Both the position numbers and the translations under genes were made by a program. The notes under the pieces are model-generated. The model searched no databases and was not told where the DNA came from. It saw only the letters and a program-made list of their open reading frames with translations. A stretch of DNA of 64,000 bases from Cyanophyceae cyanobacterium (GTDB lineage: Bacteria > Cyanobacteriota > Cyanobacteriia > Cyanobacteriales > JBHJGN01): the NCBI GenBank assembly GCA_050331735.1, contig JBHJGN010000014.1, forward strand, positions 11,169 through 75,168. Reading direction: 5' to 3'. Below are positions 30,635-40,611 of this stretch, piece by piece (within the stretch, counting starts at the first letter, position 1; every line of letters begins with the position of its first letter).

Positions 30635-31177
30635 CTACAAAGGACGTTGCCAAGGCTCACTGTACTGCTGATACCCGACTCGCTTGAAAGTAGCAATCAT
30701 GGGAATATTGTTGACGTCCGTATCACAAAACACTCTCCAAACTCCTACCTCTTGCAGTATCTGCGTTCCTCTTAACAACAAATCAGTTCCAAAACCCTGT
30801 CCTCGGTACTGAGGCAAAACTCCAACGTAGTAAATCGTCGCTTCTTCTAATCCGTCCTTGGTACACCCCGGGTAAACGACGGGAAGAACGAAGCCAACGA
30901 CTACATCACGATCAACACCAATTTGCCACCAGTCCTCTTGATAGAAAAATCCGTCTCTCGATTCAGCAACAAATTGTTCAGCAGCTTGGCGAGAACCCTG
31001 CTGTAATACTTTCTTTCGGTCACTAGCATCAATCGATGATTCCATGACCTGAGCAATGGCTGTGAGGAGGACTTCATCCCTTGTTGCTTGAGGGGCTTTG
31101 AACTGCAATCGAGCAGAAATCTCAATCAATGGCTGAGGTTTCCAAACGAATGGCACTTTCCAGTAATGCTGTTCCAT
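30635..31177 (-). CDS. GNAT N-acetyltransferase
   Basis: YVGVLPQYRGQGFG acetyl-CoA motif, N.PM..F...GY. Confidence 0.88.
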   Translation of the reverse strand: MEQHYWKVPFVWKPQPLIEISARLQFKAPQATRDEVLLTAIAQVMESSIDASDRKKVLQQGSRQAAEQFVAESRDGFFYQEDWWQIGVDRDVVVGFVLPVVYPGCTKDGLEEATIYYVGVLPQYRGQGFGTDLLLRGTQILQEVGVWRVFCDTDVNNIPMIATFKRVGYQQYSEPWQRPL

Positions 31178-31329
31178 TCAATGTTACAGAGGCTCTACCC
31201 AGAGATGGAGCGCTGCGGGAAGTAAAAGGCGATCGCATAAAACTCCCGACAGCTTCTGGCAAGGAGCATCAAAATATTCTACACTGTCTCGATGGGATCG
31301 AGCTGCTTACACCCTGGGGAGTCAACTGC

Positions 31330-32907
31330 ATGAGTCTGGAGTCTACTGTTGCTGAAGCAACAATCAAAGCTAATTTAGAGCAATTTCTGGTGGTTTTATC
31401 GGTTTCTTTGAGCGTTGCTACCGTTTCGCGTATCTTTAGCTGGTTTCGCCAAATTCCCTATACGTTACTGTTAGTCATTGTCGGGTTAGGTCTAGCGTTT
31501 ATTGACATTCGCCTTGTTAGTCTCTCCCCAGAACTGATTCTAGAAATCTTCCTTCCGCCCCTGCTGTTTGAGGCTGCCTGGAATATTCAATGGCGAAATT
31601 TAAAGCAAAACTTGCTGCCCGTGAGTCTATTTGCCGTCGTCGGGGTGGTTATCTCGGTGCTTGGCATTGCTTTTGCCCTCAGTCGCTTTACCGATCTTCC
31701 TTTGGCCACTGCCCTGCTAGTAGGAGCGAGCCTTTCCGCCACCGATCCGGTTTCGGTTGTGGCCCTATTTCGAGAACTTGGTGCTGGCAAGCGGTTAACC
31801 ATTCTCATGGAAGGGGAAAGTTTGTTTAATGATGGGGTGGCGGTTGTCGCGTTTGTGCTGCTCGTTGGAATTCCTATGGGCGTACAAGATTTTTCTCTAT
31901 CCACAACGATTGCCCAGTTTCTCGCCTTCGTCGGCATTGGCGTTGGCATCGGTAGCTTAATCGGCTTTGGCATTTCCTATCTCACTCAGCGCTTCGATTT
32001 ACCCCTCGTTGAACAGTCCTTGACGCTCGTTTCTGCCTATGGAACCTATTTGGTCACGGAAGAATTAGGCGGTTCTGGCGTGATCGGCGTGGTGACCGTT
32101 GGCATTATTTTGGGTAACTTTGGCTCGCGGATTGGGATGAATCCCCGGACTCGGCTGCTGGTATCGGAGTTTTGGGACTTTTTAGCCTTTTTTGTTAACT
32201 CTATTGTCTTTCTGTTGATTGGCGATCAAATTAAGTTCTCCAGCCTGAGCGATAATTTAGACCTAATTTTTGTGGCGATTCTGGCTGTTCTGATTACCAG
32301 AATTATCGTTATCTATGGCTTGGGCGGAATTGCGAATCTGTTTAGCCAAGACAAGATTAGCTTCCGGGAACAAACGATTCTGTGGTGGGGTGGCTTAAGA
32401 GGATCGGTGTCGATTGCGTTAGCCCTGAGCGTTCCAATTGCTATTGCTGGAAAGCAGGAAGTGATCGATACGGTGTTCGGCGTTGTTCTATTTACTCTCC
32501 TGGTTCAAGGCTTAACCACAAAGCTGTTTTTAGAATCCCTCGATTTAGTCGGCGATCAGCCGATCCGTCAGGAATACTCAGAACTACTGGCCCGTCGCGT
32601 TGCCTTAAGAAGAGTGCTGGAGTATTTATCTAAACTCGATGCTTCTCCTGAAGTCGAGTCCGAGTTCTATCGCTACGAACAGGAACTCGTCAAAGGACAG
32701 TTAGAAAGCGTTGAGGAAAATATTAGCAAAATGCAGCGGGAAAATTCCCAGTTACTGTCTTTAGATATGGAACAGTTGCGGGAACGACTGCTCGACATTG
32801 AAGCCGACACCTATGCTGAATTTATTCGTTCAGGACGGTTAACTAAAAATTTATCCCCTCTGATGCAGGAAGTGTTAGCCAAAGCATCAGAGGATGAGAT
32901 CGGATAG
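31330..32907 (+). CDS. CPA1 Na+/H+ antiporter (NhaP/NhaS type)
   Basis: FLPPLLFEAA, SATDPVSV, EGESLFNDG, GGLRG; start reassigned to ATG 31330. Confidence 0.92.
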   Translation: MSLESTVAEATIKANLEQFLVVLSVSLSVATVSRIFSWFRQIPYTLLLVIVGLGLAFIDIRLVSLSPELILEIFLPPLLFEAAWNIQWRNLKQNLLPVSLFAVVGVVISVLGIAFALSRFTDLPLATALLVGASLSATDPVSVVALFRELGAGKRLTILMEGESLFNDGVAVVAFVLLVGIPMGVQDFSLSTTIAQFLAFVGIGVGIGSLIGFGISYLTQRFDLPLVEQSLTLVSAYGTYLVTEELGGSGVIGVVTVGIILGNFGSRIGMNPRTRLLVSEFWDFLAFFVNSIVFLLIGDQIKFSSLSDNLDLIFVAILAVLITRIIVIYGLGGIANLFSQDKISFREQTILWWGGLRGSVSIALALSVPIAIAGKQEVIDTVFGVVLFTLLVQGLTTKLFLESLDLVGDQPIRQEYSELLARRVALRRVLEYLSKLDASPEVESEFYRYEQELVKGQLESVEENISKMQRENSQLLSLDMEQLRERLLDIEADTYAEFIRSGRLTKNLSPLMQEVLAKASEDEIG

Positions 32908-32916
32908 GATAAGCGC

Positions 32917-34095
32917 TTACGCTGTCACAATTCCTTGTCCGGCAGCCCACTGACCAATATCAACCCGGCTAATGGCTGCTGCCATCAGGTCCGGAAACTG
33001 GTCAGGAGTACAGGCGAAGCTTGGTACACCCAGACTGGCAAAAGCTGCTGCGTTTTTGCCATCGAAACAGGGAGCTCCTTCATCGCTGAGGGCTAAGAGG
33101 GCAATCATCTGAACACCGGAAGCCACTAAGGAAGCCACCCGTTTGAGCATAGTATCGTTATTGCCGCCTTCGTAGAGATCGCTGATCAGCACTAAAATGC
33201 TCGCTTGCGGCTGACGTACGAGGCCTTGACAGTAGGAAAGTGCCCGGTTGATGTCGGTTCCGCCCCCCAACTGTGTTCCGAACAGAACATCCACCGGATC
33301 TTGGAGCAAATCGGTCAGATCGACGATGCTGGTGTCGAAGACAACAAGCTGAGTTTTGACAGCGGGGATCGAGGCGAGCACCGCGGCGAAGATGCTGGCA
33401 TAGACGACAGAAGGAGCCATGGAGCCGCTCTGGTCTACGCAGAGCATGATATCTTTAAGCGCCGAGCGTTTGCGACCGTAGCCAATGAGGCGTTCAGGGA
33501 TAATGGTGCGGTAGTTCGGCTGGTAGTGGTGGAGGTTGGCGCGGATAGTGCGGTTCCAGTCAATTTCACTGTGACGGGGACGATTGTTCCGCTGACTGCG
33601 GTTGAGGCTACCCATCACCGCCTGCTGCATCGGGGTTTGCAGCTTGCGCATGAGCTCATCTACCACGTTGCGCACGACCAGGCGGGCGGTTTCTTTCGTT
33701 TTTTCCGGAATGACACGGTTGAGGGACATGAGGTTGGCGACCAAGTGAACGTCCGCTTCAACCGCTGCGAGCATTTCCGGCTCTAGCAGCATCTGGTGCA
33801 GATTAAGACGCTCTAAAGCATCTTGCTGCATGACGCGGACGGAACTGGGAAAGTAGCGCCGGATGTCGCCGAGCCAGCGGGCCACATTGGGAGCCGAGCG
33901 CCCCAGCCCCCCGCTTCTCCCCTCGCCTTCGCCATAAAGGGCTGCCAGTGCCTGATCCATCGCGCGATCGCCCGGTCTCAAGTTCAGGGCTCCTGGTTCA
34001 GGGCCGCTGTCACCAATTCCGTCGGCAGCTCCGCCGCCGAGAATCAGCCGCCAGCGTCGCAGGCGTTCGGTCTGAGATTCAGAAAACTTGCTCAT
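32917..34095 (-). CDS. vWA (CoxE-like) domain protein, YehP-like
   Basis: RLRRWRLILG N-terminus, IDWNRTIRANL, MIDAS DQSGS...GGTD...ISD. Confidence 0.88.
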   Translation of the reverse strand: MSKFSESQTERLRRWRLILGGGAADGIGDSGPEPGALNLRPGDRAMDQALAALYGEGEGRSGGLGRSAPNVARWLGDIRRYFPSSVRVMQQDALERLNLHQMLLEPEMLAAVEADVHLVANLMSLNRVIPEKTKETARLVVRNVVDELMRKLQTPMQQAVMGSLNRSQRNNRPRHSEIDWNRTIRANLHHYQPNYRTIIPERLIGYGRKRSALKDIMLCVDQSGSMAPSVVYASIFAAVLASIPAVKTQLVVFDTSIVDLTDLLQDPVDVLFGTQLGGGTDINRALSYCQGLVRQPQASILVLISDLYEGGNNDTMLKRVASLVASGVQMIALLALSDEGAPCFDGKNAAAFASLGVPSFACTPDQFPDLMAAAISRVDIGQWAAGQGIVTA

Positions 34096-36323
34096 GGTTT
34101 CGTCTCCGATAGCTGTAGACCCAGCAGTTGGGCAACTAGAGGCAGGGCGGTTCGGGCGCGATCGCCAGCGAACGTTGTCTGGGCTGCCGCTGGACGCTGC
34201 TGCGCTCCGACGCGGACTCGCTCCCCCATCTGCCGCCGCTCGGAGGGGGAGAAAGTGGAGAAAGTCCGCCGCAGCAGCGGCAGTAACGCGATGAATGTCT
34301 CGTCAGTGAGCTCAGTCACCCAGTCATCTAACACCTGCCACACGGCCTCGTCGTGGAGCAGGAGGAGTCCACTGCCCTGCAAGAACCCCTCGATCCAGGC
34401 TGCCGCTTGGGGGGGGTCAGTGGCTAGGGAGAGGGCCAGACCTAATTTGCGGGCGGCGACCTCGGCGGTCAGACTGCCTTCATCTAAGAGCAGTCGGCAG
34501 CACCGTCCGGCCACAAGACCGTGGAGGGCGAAGCGATCGCACAGCCGCAGCAGCACTGCTGACCACGTTTTGGCATGGTTCTCGTGCTGAAGCAGCTTAA
34601 TCGCGCTGTGGGTGCGGTCAATCTCTTCGATCTTGGTCGCTGCTGCCTCATCGTCGAGGGAAGCGCAGGCTCCCGGCAATCCGATACAGATGCGCACCAC
34701 CAGCCCGTCTACGATTTGGGTCACCACGGTGCTGTCGGTTTGGCGAACATCCCGATAGCGCAGGATGTTGACCAAGGGCGGCAAGGCCGCCATCAGATGC
34801 GTCACTTCGTTGGCCACCGCCGCCGCCGCCTGGAGTCGAGAGATGAGATGGGCGATCGCCTCGGGCAGGGCTGCCAACAGCACCCGCTCTAGGAGCTGAG
34901 TGAGGGGGGGCAAGTCAGGAGCTGCATCAGCTCGGTGGTGAGCACAAGCGCCGGCGGCAGCCGCTACCGTATTGCCCCAGCGTCCGGCTTCGATCGCGGC
35001 TAAACTCAGCTCGGGCTGCCAGCGGAGCTGCCAGCCTTCTTTAAAAGTGCCCTTGCCGCTGGTAGCCTGGGGAGTTCCCCACCCAATATTGAGCAGTAAC
35101 AGACGATGAAGGAGCTGCGAGCGCTCGCGGTCGCGGGGCTGGCGCAGGTCTAGCGTCAGCAGTCGTTCGTTGGCTTCGGGCTTGAGGCGCAGCCGTTTTT
35201 GCAGGCGCTGGAGGTCTTGCTGGAGAGGAACCAGGGGGGTTGCCGCCGGAACTTGACCGAGGCGATCGCTGACGATGAGCTGTTGATAAATCAAGGTCAT
35301 CGGCGACGCTTCCCCGAAGCAGAGGACGGTCTGAGCCGCCTCATTCAGCTCCTCTAGCCCCGGAATCGCCAAATGGCGCAGAGCCGCAAGTGCCTCGGCC
35401 AGACGCACTGCTTCGATGACGCTGGCGGAGGAGGCATCGAGGTCTTCTTGGCGCAGCAGTCTGGCTACCTGCGTCATCCAGCGGATGGTCGTCTGACTGG
35501 TTTGGCGAGACGAGCGTGACGATTTCCAGAGATGGTGGTACCAGCCGGGAGACTCGATTCCCGCCCCGTAGCCGCTGCGACTGGATAGGCGCTCGTAGGT
35601 CCAGGGAATCCAGGTAGCCTGCACCTTGAGCTGGGGCAGTCCCTTCAGGAGAGCGCGATCTTGCTTGGAATTAGTGAGCGGTTCACTCAGGGCAGGACCG
35701 TGCCAAGCACCACAGACGACCGCAATCTTTGAAAATCCTTCCTGCTGGGCCTGCCGAATCGTGCGCCGCATGTAGGCTTCTCGCTGGGCCTCTCGCTCTC
35801 GGGGAGATGAATCCTGAACTTCCTCTCGTAGCGCCGTCATCGCTTCGAGAATAGCCTCAAAGAGAGCCGCGTCATTCTGGCGGTGTTCAACCATATGTTC
35901 CCACCAGCGTTCGCTGTCGCTGTAGCCTGCTGCCTCCGCCAGCCGGGAGAGCGGATCGACGGCAGCGGGTCGCTCTTCGAGAGACTGTTGGTTCCGCTGG
36001 GCTAGCTGGTGAGTTTGGGGAAGATCCATGAAGCGAACGGGTTTTTGGTGCTGAAGACCGTACTGAAGCGCTTGCCATTCCGGAGAGAACACGGCGAAGG
36101 GATAGTAGACAGCTTGGCTCAACTCATCGGGGGCATAGATCAGCAAAGCCACCGGGGGCTTCATGTCTGGTTGGGCGAGAAGGGAAAGGATCTCGTTGGC
36201 ATCGGGAGGGCCTTCGACGAGAATCATGTCGGGCTGTAGCGCCTGGAGCGATCGCACGAGGCTGCGAGCCGACCCGGGACCGTGGTGGCGGATGCCAAAG
36301 ATTTTAACGAGGGACTGAGACAT
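34092..36323 (-). CDS. DUF5682 family protein, YehM-like
   Basis: FGIRHHGPGSA, LVEGP, FSPEWQA, FMDLP, REAYM, VCGAWH, SGYGAG; ATGA overlap with the vWA gene; start reassigned to ATG 36323. Confidence 0.85.
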   Translation of the reverse strand: MSQSLVKIFGIRHHGPGSARSLVRSLQALQPDMILVEGPPDANEILSLLAQPDMKPPVALLIYAPDELSQAVYYPFAVFSPEWQALQYGLQHQKPVRFMDLPQTHQLAQRNQQSLEERPAAVDPLSRLAEAAGYSDSERWWEHMVEHRQNDAALFEAILEAMTALREEVQDSSPREREAQREAYMRRTIRQAQQEGFSKIAVVCGAWHGPALSEPLTNSKQDRALLKGLPQLKVQATWIPWTYERLSSRSGYGAGIESPGWYHHLWKSSRSSRQTSQTTIRWMTQVARLLRQEDLDASSASVIEAVRLAEALAALRHLAIPGLEELNEAAQTVLCFGEASPMTLIYQQLIVSDRLGQVPAATPLVPLQQDLQRLQKRLRLKPEANERLLTLDLRQPRDRERSQLLHRLLLLNIGWGTPQATSGKGTFKEGWQLRWQPELSLAAIEAGRWGNTVAAAAGACAHHRADAAPDLPPLTQLLERVLLAALPEAIAHLISRLQAAAAVANEVTHLMAALPPLVNILRYRDVRQTDSTVVTQIVDGLVVRICIGLPGACASLDDEAAATKIEEIDRTHSAIKLLQHENHAKTWSAVLLRLCDRFALHGLVAGRCCRLLLDEGSLTAEVAARKLGLALSLATDPPQAAAWIEGFLQGSGLLLLHDEAVWQVLDDWVTELTDETFIALLPLLRRTFSTFSPSERRQMGERVRVGAQQRPAAAQTTFAGDRARTALPLVAQLLGLQLSETKP

Positions 36324-36463
36324 GAGCGGCAAAGGGAACAAGTTGAGAGACTTCGTTGTTTGTTGACTAGCTTTTAGCTCTCAGCTTTCGGAACCTTGTT
36401 GAGAGTTGTGTTGGGGAAGAGCGCTTGCTTTAGTTCATCTAGATCGAGAGCGACTGAAGGGGC

Positions 36464-37603
36464 TTAGGTCAGGGCGCGGCAGGCGCGATACACGTCCTTC
36501 CAGCCGTCGCGTTCCTTGAGAACCGTCTCTAGATATTCTTTCCAAACCACGGTATCCTGCACCGGATCTTTGACGACCGCGCCCTGAATCCCCGCCGCTA
36601 AATCTTCGCCGGTGAGGCGACCGTCTCCAAAGTGGGCCGCCAGCGCCAGACCGCTGCTGACTACTGAGATTGCCTCGGCAGTACTGAGGGTTCCGCTGGG
36701 AGATTTTAGTTTGCTTTTGCCGTCTTCGGTGATGCCGTTCCGCAGTTCGCGAAAAATGGTCACGACGCGGCGAATTTCTTCTAGAGCCGGAGCTTCGGCA
36801 GGAAGTTCTAGGGCCCGTCCTAGACTAGCGACTCGCTGATGCACAATTTGAACTTCTTCATCGGCACGACCGGGGACTGGCAGCACGACGGTATTGAAGC
36901 GGCGCTTGAGGGCACTGGACAGTTCGTTCACTCCCTTGTCGCGATTATTAGCCGTCGCGATCAGATTAAACCCTTTAACAGCCTGCACCTCTTCGCCTAG
37001 CTCGGCAATCGGCAAGGTCTTTTCCGATAGCACGGTAATCAGGGTATCCTGGACATCGGCGGGCATCCGGGTTAGCTCTTCGACTCGGGCAATTTTGCCA
37101 GCGGCCATAGCCTTCATGAGCGGACTCTGAACGAGCGCGTCCAGAGATGGTCCTTCAGCCAAGAGCTTGGCATAGTTCCAGCCGTAGCGGATGGCTTCTT
37201 CGCTGGTGCCAGCGGTGCCCTGAATGAGGAGCGTAGAGTCGCCGGAAATGGCGGCGGCGAGATGCTCAGATACCCAAGATTTGCCGGTGCCAGGAACGCC
37301 GTAGAGGAGCAGGGCGCGATCGGTGGCGAGGGTAGCGATCGCGACTTCCATCAGTCGGCGACTGCCAACGTATTTAGCCGAAATTTCTGTGCCGTCCGCG
37401 AGGGAACCGCCCATCAGGTACGTCGCTACGGCCCAGGGAGAGAGCTGCCAGTTGGGGGGACGCTGACGGTCATCCACCTCGGCTAAGGCAGCCAGCTCAG
37501 CCGCAAACTGCGCCTCGGCATGCTGACGCAGGATGGTTGGCACTGAAGTTTGTTTAGCAGGAGCGGTTTTAGCGGTGCGAGGAGACTTTCTGGTAGTGGC
37601 CAT
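36464..37603 (-). CDS. MoxR-type AAA+ ATPase, YehL-like
   Basis: Walker A GVPGTGKS, Walker B IARVEE, sensor-1 ATANN, arginine finger ALKRRF. Confidence 0.9.
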   Translation of the reverse strand: MATTRKSPRTAKTAPAKQTSVPTILRQHAEAQFAAELAALAEVDDRQRPPNWQLSPWAVATYLMGGSLADGTEISAKYVGSRRLMEVAIATLATDRALLLYGVPGTGKSWVSEHLAAAISGDSTLLIQGTAGTSEEAIRYGWNYAKLLAEGPSLDALVQSPLMKAMAAGKIARVEELTRMPADVQDTLITVLSEKTLPIAELGEEVQAVKGFNLIATANNRDKGVNELSSALKRRFNTVVLPVPGRADEEVQIVHQRVASLGRALELPAEAPALEEIRRVVTIFRELRNGITEDGKSKLKSPSGTLSTAEAISVVSSGLALAAHFGDGRLTGEDLAAGIQGAVVKDPVQDTVVWKEYLETVLKERDGWKDVYRACRALT

Positions 37604-37609
37604 CGGTAA

Positions 37610-39157
37610 TTAGGGGGTAGAAGAGCAATCAAAATGGCAATCATTCTGTTGGCGATCGGCAAAAGCTTGACGAATTTCCAGGCGGAAGCGCAGACAGTCG
37701 TGCAGTTTATCTAAAGCCGTTTGCAAATACGTAGAGCGGTCAGCCCGGGGGGGAGCGATCGCCGGAGCGACCTCGGGGAGCAGATCAGGATGGAGGATTA
37801 GAGCAGTTTTTTTGAGGGAATCACCCAAAATATAGCTTTTTTCCTTCATTTTGAGGAGGTGAAGCAGTTGTTCCCAGACCAAGCGGCTGAAACCTAAGCT
37901 AAAAGCCTGACGATTCTGAGCTGCTTGGTGCAGCCACGCCAGTAACGCTTGCTCCTCCGCTTGGGGTGGTAGGGTTGCTCGCAGAAGCTGTTCTCGTCGC
38001 TCTGGCTCAAGCAGGGCTAGTAAATTAGCCAATAAATCAGCAAACTGCTCAGCTCCCTGGTCCCCAAATTGACTGACGAGGGCATCAGCCCAGTCCCGAT
38101 GCTTCTGCTGGACGGCGGCTCGTCCCCAGCCCTCAACTAGTACGTCTCGCCATTCGCTGTTAGTCGCAGCTCGCACGGTGGCTGCCGGTTCAGGCCAAAC
38201 GCCCAAGGACGTACTCGCCAGAAGCTGTTGCAATCCCAGCGCTCGTTTTCCGGCCCCCTTAAAAAATTCAACATTGATGCCGTCCCGCGCCCAGTCTTTT
38301 TCAGCACTTTTAGGCAGCGTTACCTCAAGGCGCCAGTCTTCGCCATCGGGATGGAGCTGGACGTAAGTCTGCACCCGCTGCGCCATCCGCTGACAGAGCC
38401 TCGATTCTGGGAGCTGTACCAATAGCTCCACCGCTAGCTTCCGTACCCCCTGGGCCCGGTCATCCAGAGCGTTTTCCAAAAACGGCTCATCGGCCATCGA
38501 CAGGTGATGGACTAGGGCGAGCATCAGTCCTTCCCGTGCCTCGGCAAGTTCTGATGTCCACGCGGCTTCTAGCGCCTGACGGGCCTCATCCGGCTCCACC
38601 TCGCGCCACCGCCGCAAATAGAGCGATCGCTCCATGAGGTTTCCCTGCTGCCACACTTGCTTGGGGGAGCCTAGGGTCACTTGCCCGCGACCGTAAGCCC
38701 AGGCCGAATTTTGCGCGGCTAACCACTGCCCTCGTTTTCCTAATACCGCCACGATCTGCGGGCGAAGCCGGATATTCTGTCTACCGAAGTGCAAAAGCTT
38801 GGGCAACCCTAGCTCCGGCACTCGCTCTCCGGCAGCCGCTATCAGCGTCAGCAGTTCTGGGAGGACCGCTGGATATTCCGTAAAGGCCCGGTCCAGGAGT
38901 TGAGCGGTACGGGCACTACAATGGGGCCGGTCATCGAGAGGGCAGGGTTCAAAAAGCGGCAACTCCTGCGGGGTCGGACGCTGACCCACCTGACGATAGA
39001 GAGCGATCGCTCCCGCCGCTCCCAACAGAGCCTGCTCCGGCTGGCTCCAGTCTAGCTGATTCAGCAGGGACGTTAACTCACCATCGGTTCTAGAGAGCGT
39101 CGGCGTTTGCCGCTCTGTCCCCACTAGCGCTGTGCCGACCAGGCTTTGCCACTCCAT
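37610..39157 (-). CDS. DUF5691 domain helical protein
   Basis: ALVGTER, LGKRGQWLA.QN..W, DEPFLENALDDR HEAT-like helices; ATG 39157 lies 2 nt after the SWIM stop. Confidence 0.8.
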   Translation of the reverse strand: MEWQSLVGTALVGTERQTPTLSRTDGELTSLLNQLDWSQPEQALLGAAGAIALYRQVGQRPTPQELPLFEPCPLDDRPHCSARTAQLLDRAFTEYPAVLPELLTLIAAAGERVPELGLPKLLHFGRQNIRLRPQIVAVLGKRGQWLAAQNSAWAYGRGQVTLGSPKQVWQQGNLMERSLYLRRWREVEPDEARQALEAAWTSELAEAREGLMLALVHHLSMADEPFLENALDDRAQGVRKLAVELLVQLPESRLCQRMAQRVQTYVQLHPDGEDWRLEVTLPKSAEKDWARDGINVEFFKGAGKRALGLQQLLASTSLGVWPEPAATVRAATNSEWRDVLVEGWGRAAVQQKHRDWADALVSQFGDQGAEQFADLLANLLALLEPERREQLLRATLPPQAEEQALLAWLHQAAQNRQAFSLGFSRLVWEQLLHLLKMKEKSYILGDSLKKTALILHPDLLPEVAPAIAPPRADRSTYLQTALDKLHDCLRFRLEIRQAFADRQQNDCHFDCSSTP

Positions 39158-39159
39158 GC

Positions 39160-40506
39160 CTAGGCTCCCAAGGTGATAAACTGCGTTTGATTCCAAAGGC
39201 TCAAGGGCAGCAGAGTAGAGCCATCCCACTCCCCAAATACCGCGAGCGGTCGTCCGCCTCCAACCGCCATAAGCTCCCACCCCTTGTTAAAGCGTGGCGA
39301 GAGCGGGAGGACTGATCCCGCTCGATCCTGTAGCCACCAAGCCTCGGCTCGATATCGCGGTGCAACCTGACGCAGCGTGAGCGGAAACTGCTCTAGCCAG
39401 GGGTTCTGACTCAGAGCCTGAGCATAGCGGGCAATGGCTGCTTCGATCTCCTCAAAACCTAGCTCTGGGTCGGGCAAAGCAGAGACGACTTCCTCCCGTG
39501 ATTCAACGAAGGCTCGCTGGACGCCTGTGCCGGGATAAAAAAGCAGTTCGCCACTAAGGCGAGTTCCCGGAACTAAACTCATGTCTAAGGGGTGTTGACC
39601 GTAGGCAAAGCTGAGCACGAGAGCCGGCTGCTGCTGCTGGCAACCCCAGAGCCAAACGCGCTGGGTACGCAAATTATCTTCTTCAGTAACGGCTCTGCCC
39701 AGGATCTGCCACGTATCTTTGAGGCACTTTACCAGAGGGTCCGCCTGCTCGACGCGCTGATGTAGATCATCTTGAGTCTGGGACCAGCCAATCTGCGATC
39801 GCAGTTCAGCCTGCATTAACGGCGCTAGACTCTCTAGCCGCTCATAGCCCTGCACCAGCAGGTGTAGCTGTCCTAGGGCTGCTAACATCCGTTCTGGCCA
39901 GCCTTCGCCAGAATGGGGAATGCTAGCTAGAGCCCGCACTCGCCGCGCTAGTCCGGGGGCCTGTGCATCTACCAGTCGTGCTGCGGCCCGATCCCAAAAG
40001 CTGTACGGCTGATTCGGCAGCGCGGCTAACCCTTGTCGAATAATATCCTGCATCCACTGCCTGAAGTCCGCAAGACCCGCCGCGACTTTAACCGTTCGCT
40101 GTTGCGCTCGTTTGGCCTGGGCGGTCGGGTCGGGGGCTGCTTTCGCTTGCTTGTTCTGCTGGCGAGCCGCCGTTTGAGAGCGCTTTTCTAGCCATTCCAC
40201 GACCCAATCTGGCGCAGCGTTTTGGTTAAAAACATCTGTTTGCTCTGTCAGCAATAAAAAGAGACCTAAAGCATGTTTGCAGGGAAACTTACGGCTCGGA
40301 CAGCTACAGCGAAAAGCTGGTTCCCCAAGGTCGATTTGGGTTCGATAGGGATTTTTGCCACTGCCTTTACACTCTCCCCACGCCGCCCGACCTGAGCAGC
40401 CAAGCAGTGACCATTTAGAAACGTTAGCCAGAGTTTTCCCATTTTTGGTAGAGCTAGCGTCCGGCGAGAGTGCTAGTACTTGCTCAGATGTCCATTGAAG
40501 TGTCAT
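39160..40506 (-). CDS. SWIM zinc-finger protein
   Basis: WGECKGSGKNPY..CSCPSRKFPCKHALGL; ARLVDAQAPGLA. Confidence 0.9.
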   Translation of the reverse strand: MTLQWTSEQVLALSPDASSTKNGKTLANVSKWSLLGCSGRAAWGECKGSGKNPYRTQIDLGEPAFRCSCPSRKFPCKHALGLFLLLTEQTDVFNQNAAPDWVVEWLEKRSQTAARQQNKQAKAAPDPTAQAKRAQQRTVKVAAGLADFRQWMQDIIRQGLAALPNQPYSFWDRAAARLVDAQAPGLARRVRALASIPHSGEGWPERMLAALGQLHLLVQGYERLESLAPLMQAELRSQIGWSQTQDDLHQRVEQADPLVKCLKDTWQILGRAVTEEDNLRTQRVWLWGCQQQQPALVLSFAYGQHPLDMSLVPGTRLSGELLFYPGTGVQRAFVESREEVVSALPDPELGFEEIEAAIARYAQALSQNPWLEQFPLTLRQVAPRYRAEAWWLQDRAGSVLPLSPRFNKGWELMAVGGGRPLAVFGEWDGSTLLPLSLWNQTQFITLGA

Positions 40507-40595
40507 GTCGCTTTTGATAAGCAGCCAAAACCGTTAGTTTTTTAGGAGGTGAATGATTAAACTATTTTGCCCTTCAGATGTACTCGCGCAATCAT

Positions 40596-40611
40596 TAGTT
40601 CAAATGAACTA
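40596..40611. promoter_or_regulatory. Palindromic putative operator TAGTTCA-AA-TGAACTA
   Basis: Perfect 7-bp arms, about 90 nt upstream of the SWIM gene start. Confidence 0.35.

Noticed and set aside
31129..31329. Extended N-termini in the ORF track (antiporter; also dnaG, lpxC, DUF5691)
   Set aside because: They overlap neighbouring genes; family-like sequence begins at downstream ATGs
33205..34590. Long plus-strand ORFs (193 and 255 aa) opposite the vWA/DUF5682 genes, and similar antisense ORFs elsewhere
   Set aside because: Shadow ORFs of GC-rich coding sequence with no recognisable motifs
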